DNA from: a virus
Length of the DNA stretch: 64,000 bases
IMG/VR virus record: IMGVR_UViG_3300028146_000010
Location: 8,992 to 72,991 of that record
Strand: one strand, 5' to 3'
Positions 58,104 through 64,000 of this stretch are shown here, piece by piece. Below the pieces are notes generated by a model. That model did not search any database. It was not told where the DNA came from and saw only the letters and a list, made by a program, of their open reading frames with translations. Numbering within the stretch: the first letter of the stretch is position 1; every line of letters starts with the position of its first letter. A program made the translations under genes and the position numbers.

Positions 58104-59861
58104 TCATGGCGTCACAAAAGTCGCATCAGCAGTATACACCGCTACGCCCGATCCTTTGGTAGCAATTAAGCGAAAGTGATAGGTCTTGCCGCTGGTCAGT
58201 CCAGTGATGTTGGTCGAGACAGCATGTGAACTCGAATCTGATCCCACCAACACTGCTGGCAACGGCCCGCGATGTCCATAAGCCGTATCTAATCCCCATT
58301 CAAACTGATAATCAGTCACATCGCCTTGTGGGTTTACTGCTCCGTTAAGCGTGGCCGTAGTTGACGTAATGCTGGACGCTGCGCTGGTTGTAGCCGTTGG
58401 AGGTGTACTCGGTATCGTCGCGTTCGAGTAGTCGCCCCAAGCAGTGTTGATGGTCAGATCAGCATTTAGCTTGACCATTGAAGAGACTGAGCGCGTATCG
58501 CTGTTAACATGGCCTCCGCAGATCACCGAGCCATCGTCATAGACCACCACTCCATGCCCACCGCCATAGAAGACAGAATCTAATCCGTTGTCACCTTGCG
58601 GAACGGGCCGAGCGAAACCACTTGTCCCAACACTCGTATTAACCGTGCCGTTTGAATTGTAAGCAGCGACTATGAACTTAGTAGTAGGGTTAATGAAACT
58701 TCCGGTCGCATCGCCAGTTTGTCCCAGAATCAAAAACCCTCCACTGGGTAACGCCACCATCGCCCCCGAACTCTCAAAGCCTAGCGAGAGGCTCCCTGTA
58801 CCAACCAGTGTGTAACCAGAACTTGATCCAAAGCTAGCATCCAGTGTTCCATTTGCGTTCCATCGGCCAATTCCAAAGGCCGCGTGACTTGCATCTGTGT
58901 TGGCGTTCCCTCCGACTACGATCTTTCCATCGCTCTGCTGAAATGCCGCTTGGGCTTGCGCCAAAAGACCAGCGGGAAAGTCTAGAACGGCGCAGTTACT
59001 TTCAAATCCCTGACCGCCCCAAGTTGGGTCAGCTAAGCCGTTTGCAGTGGTGCGAATCAATAGCCAGTAATAATGATTTGGTGAGCTATTAAGTAAGTGA
59101 GTGTATCCAATGATTAGCACCTTGTCATCACTCTGGATAAGTATTTGAACTGGACGATCATCACTTCTCTGATCGAGGTCGTATACCCAATTATTCCAGC
59201 CAGCGTTAAAGCCACCATAAGGCAAGTCAGGAGTACCATCGGTATTTATTCGATGAAGCCTGAAATCAAATCGAACGCCACCCGCCTCGCGCTGATGGGC
59301 ATCCATCAAAATGATCTTTCCGTCAGATTGCAGTGCGAGGTCGGTCTGCGAAAAATAGCTCCCACCATCACCTAAGGGAATCACTAAGTAGCCGGGAGTG
59401 TCGTTCGGATTAAAAGTCCCGTCTAGCTGTCCATCTGTGAGAACGCGAGCAACTGCAAGCTTTCTGGTTCCATCTATGCCTGAATAAATCTGCCCACCGA
59501 TAATAATCTTGCCGTTTGCGTCAAGTTGCCCTGTTGGCTCTTCAAAGTTGTATCCCGGGATCCTGATTCGGACTACACCATCGCAGCCGTAAGACTTGTC
59601 GATTTGGCCGTTGGCTAAGTAGCGCCGAATGATCCAGCAAGTGTCGTTTGTTGCCGTGATTGTCCCTCTGCCGCTGTCGCCAAACTCCCCCGTGCCAATC
59701 GTGTAAAGCAACCCGTCCGCATCCTTCAACACCCGCAGCGTTTCCGCCCACGGGGTAGCAAAGGTGTTATAGTCTTGATAGAAAACACGGCCAGTGAGAG
59801 CCGCTGTATTTCCTACTGTAGCGTTGCCGTTAAGCACTACCTTACCCATTAGATTTGGCAA
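58104..59861 (-). CDS. delta-60-repeat beta-propeller protein with C-terminal FN3-like domain
   Basis: repeats LQSDGKII, QSDGKIVVGG, DGQLDGTF, GTLDASFG; C-terminal ATLNGAVNP..YQFEWG..YG..GLTSGKTYHFR. Confidence 0.8.
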   Translation of the reverse strand: MPNLMGKVVLNGNATVGNTAALTGRVFYQDYNTFATPWAETLRVLKDADGLLYTIGTGEFGDSGRGTITATNDTCWIIRRYLANGQIDKSYGCDGVVRIRIPGYNFEEPTGQLDANGKIIIGGQIYSGIDGTRKLAVARVLTDGQLDGTFNPNDTPGYLVIPLGDGGSYFSQTDLALQSDGKIILMDAHQREAGGVRFDFRLHRINTDGTPDLPYGGFNAGWNNWVYDLDQRSDDRPVQILIQSDDKVLIIGYTHLLNSSPNHYYWLLIRTTANGLADPTWGGQGFESNCAVLDFPAGLLAQAQAAFQQSDGKIVVGGNANTDASHAAFGIGRWNANGTLDASFGSSSGYTLVGTGSLSLGFESSGAMVALPSGGFLILGQTGDATGSFINPTTKFIVAAYNSNGTVNTSVGTSGFARPVPQGDNGLDSVFYGGGHGVVVYDDGSVICGGHVNSDTRSVSSMVKLNADLTINTAWGDYSNATIPSTPPTATTSAASSITSTTATLNGAVNPQGDVTDYQFEWGLDTAYGHRGPLPAVLVGSDSSSHAVSTNITGLTSGKTYHFRLIATKGSGVAVYTADATFVTP

Positions 59862-59880
59862 TTAACACCTACAACGGTAG

Positions 59881-60330
59881 CTAGCTTGATGTGGTTCCTT
59901 CTATCCAAAGGTTGAACTTTCCAGCCGTGACTGCGTTTACAGCAACAACTAGCGCGGGTGATCTTGTGCTTGTGGTTTTGAGCCATGATGCAATAGTCCC
60001 CAAAATCGGAATAGTGACCTTAACTCCGGTTGCTGACCACGGAACGCCAGCAACAAGAGTAGCGATAACTAGATCGCCCGCACCTTGCCCAGTAGTCAAC
60101 GCTCCAGTCGAGCCTGCGCCACCTGTAAGACCGGAGATTACATCAATGAAGGCGTTTTGCACGATGAAATTGTTTGGCAGCGGGCCGTTGATTTGGGTGA
60201 GAGGAATCGAGCCGGTCGATCCACCTAGATCGTCAAACGAATAAACGAACTAATAGATGGATTTACCTACACCATTTCCCGTCTCGTAGAGTTTTGTCGA
60301 ATCGTTAAGAACGAGTGATTGAGTCGCCAT
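59881..60330 (-). pseudogene. putative virion decoration protein with in-frame amber at codon 27
   Basis: RBS CAGGAGG, MATQSL...KSIY*FVYSFDDLGGSTGSIPL...LPNNFIVQNAFIDV; TAG at 60250-60252. Confidence 0.7.
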
Positions 60331-60345
60331 GCTATCAGCCTCCTG

Positions 60346-60426
60346 TGTTACAATAGGCAAGTCGGCATGGCTGTTTGAGAGCCATACCGACCCATCATTG
60401 ACCTGAACAGGAGGCCAACTTGCCTA
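60346..60426 (+). promoter_or_regulatory. extended -10 and structured leader of the HNH gene
   Basis: TGTTACAAT, then TAGGCAAGT/ACTTGCCTA enclosing GTCGGCATGGCT/AGCCATACCGAC and AGGAGG. Confidence 0.5.
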
Positions 60427-60447
60427 GAACTAAGCATACCACACAAT

Positions 60448-61005
60448 ATGACTCATACGCGCACGTATAATACGTGGCGCATGATGATTCAACGCTGTAC
60501 CAATCCTAAGAACCCCGTGTTTTCCCTTTACGGCGGACGCGGCATTGCGGTTGATCCGAATTGGCTTATCTTCTTGAACTTCTACGATGATATGGGCGAA
60601 GCGCCGACAGGGTTGACGTTGGAACGCAGAGACAACAATAAAGGGTATTCTAAGAGTAATTGCTATTGGGCTACACAAAAGGCGCAAAGCCGCAACACGC
60701 GACGCAATCATTTTATAGAATTTCGCGGAGAAACCTTGTGCGTTTCGGCGTGGGCTGAAAAGTTGGGCATTAGACCAAATGCGTTGCAGGGACGATTGAA
60801 GAAATGGCCCCTTGAAAGAGCGCTGACAGAGAGCAAAAACGTGCCGCAGCGTCTTTTTGAGATGAACGGCGCGAGTAAAACCCTGACCGGATGGTCTAGT
60901 TTTTACGGCATCCCCTATAGTAGTCTGTATTACCGAGTTATTCATCAATCTATGTCACTGACTGAAGCGGTCACTAGGGCTGTTTGTCCGAATCATCGAG
61001 AGTGA
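60448..61005 (+). CDS. free-standing HNH homing endonuclease, antisense to the late operon
   Basis: TYNTWRMMIQRC, YGGRGI, TLERRDNNKGYSKSNCYWAT, C-terminal WAEKLGI repeats. Confidence 0.9.
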   Translation: MTHTRTYNTWRMMIQRCTNPKNPVFSLYGGRGIAVDPNWLIFLNFYDDMGEAPTGLTLERRDNNKGYSKSNCYWATQKAQSRNTRRNHFIEFRGETLCVSAWAEKLGIRPNALQGRLKKWPLERALTESKNVPQRLFEMNGASKTLTGWSSFYGIPYSSLYYRVIHQSMSLTEAVTRAVCPNHRE

Positions 61006-61033
61006 GAACACTGATTGCCATAAAGCTACTTCC

Positions 61034-62419
61034 TTAATTGATTACTATGAAGTTGACGCGAGTTTCTGCCGATGGGGCAGCATTGGGAAACAGAGTAAAC
61101 GATCCACTCCCGGCTACCGCTTGCACTGACTTCATCGTAGTATCGTTTGTTCCAACAGTTGCAATGATTATGCTATTAGCAGTCACAAGAGAGTTGGTCA
61201 CAACTAGAGAAGTGGCAGCGGAGGCGAAGTTTACGGTGCCCGCCGTCTTGTCAATTGTTTGCGCTCCCGTCGTTCCGGCTGCTGTGATTGTCTTGCTTAC
61301 CTGAACATCGCTAGTGGACTGGAGCGTGGCGACTTTAATTGTCCCTCCAAAATCCCCTTGCGCGCCTGTGCCTACTCCAAGTATGCCAGCAGAAATACGG
61401 GACAATCCTATGTCAAGTGGAACATTTGTACTTATATTCGTTGACGAGGAAAATCCTATAACGTGAATACTGCTAAGCGCAAACATTCCCGTCCCTATTC
61501 CTACTTCGCTAACAGAACCGCTCCTTGAGAAAACAATATTGTTATCAATTCCAGCTATAGTACCAAAATACATTCCAGGGCCACCATCGTTTCCGTAAAT
61601 AGGATGAGCTGCTGAACCTGAGCCAGTTGCATCGACAATGGTTGTCCAAAATCCCTTGCCTTTGGGACTAGTAATATTCCCTGAGTTGGCTACGTTTCCA
61701 CTGCTAATAGAAAAGGGACTATCAGCAAATGTCCCCGCGTTGTTGTACGGGATAAAGGTGCTGGTTGGGTTAACGCCACCACCACCAGTTGGAGTCGCGC
61801 TTGTCCACGTAGTTCCGTTTGAGGTGAGCACGTTTCCGCTTGTACTTGGTGCAACAATACTCTCCGCCATCACGCCAGCGGAGTTAGTCAGCAGTCTCAC
61901 CCCTGTCCCCGCTGCTGCTGGATCGACAATGGCGATCCCCCCTGCCGCTACGTCTGTCGGTGCATAGTGGCTGACTGCGTTGGCAACCAGTGACGGAGCC
62001 GTACCCTCCTCCAGCACCAACGTTCCTGCCACCGCACTGCCAACACCCGTGGAGATTGAACCCGGCGTGGAGATGTCGCCAGTGGTGTCAGCGATGGTTA
62101 CAGCGGAACTCTGCACGGTTGAGCCGCCTGTGCCGTCTGCACGGATTACGGCGTTATCCGTTGACCCTGTGGAGCCGCCGATGCCGCCACTGCTACCGTT
62201 CGCCGCTGCCGTCAATCGTCCCTTCTGATCCACTGTGATATTAGCCGATGTGTAGCTCCCCGGCGTCACGGCGGTATCGTTCAGTGACACTACAGGTGTG
62301 GTCGTACCCGTTGCCACGTTAATCGGCGCAGTTCCCGTAACGTTAGTTACGGTGCCACCGCCCCCTCCTCCACCGCCTTGAGGCTGAGGGCCGGGGAAGC
62401 CCGCTGATGTTCCCGGCAT
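61034..62419 (-). CDS. tail fibre/spike-like protein
   Basis: start MPGTS at 62419 (RBS AAGGAG); G/T/S-rich, VTPGSYTSANITVDQKGRLTAA, C-terminal VTNSLVTANSII..TRVNF. Confidence 0.7.
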   Translation of the reverse strand: MPGTSAGFPGPQPQGGGGGGGGTVTNVTGTAPINVATGTTTPVVSLNDTAVTPGSYTSANITVDQKGRLTAAANGSSGGIGGSTGSTDNAVIRADGTGGSTVQSSAVTIADTTGDISTPGSISTGVGSAVAGTLVLEEGTAPSLVANAVSHYAPTDVAAGGIAIVDPAAAGTGVRLLTNSAGVMAESIVAPSTSGNVLTSNGTTWTSATPTGGGGVNPTSTFIPYNNAGTFADSPFSISSGNVANSGNITSPKGKGFWTTIVDATGSGSAAHPIYGNDGGPGMYFGTIAGIDNNIVFSRSGSVSEVGIGTGMFALSSIHVIGFSSSTNISTNVPLDIGLSRISAGILGVGTGAQGDFGGTIKVATLQSTSDVQVSKTITAAGTTGAQTIDKTAGTVNFASAATSLVVTNSLVTANSIIIATVGTNDTTMKSVQAVAGSGSFTLFPNAAPSAETRVNFIVIN

Positions 62420-62432
62420 AATAGTTTCTCCT

Positions 62433-62780
62433 TTATCCAATGAATCTGAGATAGACCGTAACGGTAGCCGTGCCCGACGCGGTTGGGCTGTATAGAAATA
62501 TCTGTCCAATTGGTATCGTGTTGCCGCCCGCACCCGTGGCCGAATCGGTGAAATACGTGCTCGCCGCTAAATCCCCGCCATGTGTATCATCCAACTGACT
62601 TGCCGCGCCAGCCACTTTCAGCGCTTTATCTGAAATGAAATTCAACGACACGCATTGACCGGGTAGGTTAGCTGGAAGCGCGTAGTTCAAACTGGTATCC
62701 GTAACAAGGTCAAGTAGCGACCGGGCCGTTGCCGCGCCGGTTAAGCTCACTGAGTTATAAAAGATTTGTGGTTCTGCCAT
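62433..62780 (-). CDS. small virion structural protein
   Basis: 115 aa beta-rich, RBS GGAGAG. Confidence 0.55.
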   Translation of the reverse strand: MAEPQIFYNSVSLTGAATARSLLDLVTDTSLNYALPANLPGQCVSLNFISDKALKVAGAASQLDDTHGGDLAASTYFTDSATGAGGNTIPIGQIFLYSPTASGTATVTVYLRFIG

Positions 62781-62790
62781 GCTCTCTCCC

Positions 62791-63837
62791 TTACCCTGAA
62801 TTCGCGGTACTGGTAGTGGTTGATAATTTCAGCGCCAGCGACGTAACGGCACTATTCGTGGTCGTGGTTAGTGTCGATGTCACTACCGAGTCGGATAGTG
62901 CCTTGGAATCGGCCGCGCTTGCCTGTGTTCCCGAACTGACACCTTTTGAATCCGCCGTAGATGTCAGTGTACCCACCGATACAGCGGTAGAGTTTGCGGA
63001 CGACGCAGCCAGCCCCGATGACACTCCCTTGGAATCAGCAGTAGACGCCAGCACCGAATCGCTAACCGCCTTGCTGTCCGCCACCGATGCCCGCGTACCA
63101 GCTGATACGCCCTTGGAATCCGCCACCGACACGTTCAAGCTGGTAGATATGACCTTGCTGTTGGTCGTGGTGGTCAGACTGGACATGACCACTGAATCCG
63201 ACACGGCTTTTGAGTCGGCAACTGAAATGTTGACACTGTTTGACCCAACCCGTGAATTAGCCGTGGAAACGGAATCAGAACCAGCAATAGCAGGATCGTT
63301 CTGCCCGAGAAATATCGGGAAACTTGCGGAAACGGGTGGGTAAGAAACGGCACCAATGCCCTTGACCAGCATGGTTGCATTCGGCGCGGGCGAGAGCGTG
63401 CTGAAGTACGCCACGGTTTCAGCGGTTGTCAAAAAAGTAGACGGCGGATTCGCAAGGGTATTGGCCCCGGTATTATAGATTGTCAGTTGCGCAAAAGTGA
63501 TCACCCCGCCGGGATATTCCGCCTCAGACGGAATGACCCATTGACTAAATAGAAAGTCCTTGCCGCTATTGCCAGAGAAGAATTGTGCGGTACAGTTGAT
63601 TGACTGAGGGTTCTGTACGTTAGCATCTAAAGTGGTAAACACGTCCGTTGCTGCCACTGTGATTACATTAGCCGTCACCGAACAAGGGAACTCGATGTAG
63701 AAATTTTTAGACGCACCCAAGACGTAATTATTATTCACGTCCAAGAAATCGCTGTTATAGGACAAGCGTAAAGTCAGCGCTGGAGGTTCGCTCAGCACTG
63801 AAGTTGGGTACGCCTGAAAGGTGTCTAGAGTCAGCAT
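62791..63837 (-). CDS. fibre-like protein with 14-aa Ser/Ala/Thr repeats
   Basis: C-terminal repeats (A/V)S(V/T)ADSK(A/G)VS(D/S)(S/G)xx. Confidence 0.65.
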   Translation of the reverse strand: MLTLDTFQAYPTSVLSEPPALTLRLSYNSDFLDVNNNYVLGASKNFYIEFPCSVTANVITVAATDVFTTLDANVQNPQSINCTAQFFSGNSGKDFLFSQWVIPSEAEYPGGVITFAQLTIYNTGANTLANPPSTFLTTAETVAYFSTLSPAPNATMLVKGIGAVSYPPVSASFPIFLGQNDPAIAGSDSVSTANSRVGSNSVNISVADSKAVSDSVVMSSLTTTTNSKVISTSLNVSVADSKGVSAGTRASVADSKAVSDSVLASTADSKGVSSGLAASSANSTAVSVGTLTSTADSKGVSSGTQASAADSKALSDSVVTSTLTTTTNSAVTSLALKLSTTTSTANSG

Positions 63838-64000
63838 TACGCTACGTGCTCATCGCCCTTCTCAACCTTCACGCCAACGAACAACTCACTTCGCGTTGCG
63901 GGCATTCGTGAGTAAGACTTGACTCGCGCAGGCTCACCGCGCACATGGTCGTAGGGCTCTACGTCGCGTGTGACAATCGCCCCTGCGGCTATAGTCGCCC
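63837..64000 (-). CDS. C-terminus of a hexapeptide-repeat (left-handed beta-helix) acyltransferase, partial
   Basis: ATIAAGAIVTRDVEPYDHVRGEPARV; stop overlaps the next ATG (TAATG). Confidence 0.8.
   Translation of the reverse strand, partial: ATIAAGAIVTRDVEPYDHVRGEPARVKSYSRMPATRSELFVGVKVEKGDEHVA

Noticed and set aside
60430-60948. 172-aa minus-strand ORF
   Set aside because: Antisense to a clear HNH endonuclease
62729-63343. 204-aa plus-strand repeat ORF
   Set aside because: Mirror of the 42-nt coding repeats of the fibre gene
1-64000. Genome-wide TAG recoding
   Set aside because: Many genes (e.g. those ending at 1627, 16161, 59881) stop at TAG directly before the next gene; only one internal amber is convincing

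Overview
This window is a 64-kb piece of a tailed dsDNA phage or prophage with P22/podovirus-like morphogenesis logic; both ends fall inside genes. It has three blocks. (1) Minus strand, 33.7 kb to 1: small terminase, about 25 small accessory genes, two ejection-type proteins (one a ~2,350-aa polyvalent protein with lytic transglycosylase, ParB-like and ADP-ribosyltransferase-like domains), large terminase, portal, scaffold, major capsid, decoration protein and head-tail adaptors. (2) Plus strand, 33.9-53 kb: an early region of many small Cys-rich genes. It includes an inverted HTH/GIY-YIG/RepA-like helicase unit with an iteron array, a Sak4-like/SSB/PD-(D/E)XK/ERCC4 recombination module, a ~650-nt cluster of structured non-coding elements (one tRNA-like), and a truncated IS1595 element with passenger genes that splits an HNH gene. 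(3) Minus strand, 64 kb to 53.1 kb: the end of an acyltransferase, fibre and decoration proteins, a delta-60-repeat adhesin-like protein and membrane/lysis-type genes. I recognise no integrase, DNA polymerase, reverse transcriptase, CRISPR array, canonical tRNA or endolysin. Several lesions (an amber codon, frameshifts, microhomology deletions) suggest a decaying prophage or assembly errors. All product calls come from motif recognition by eye; no searches were run.
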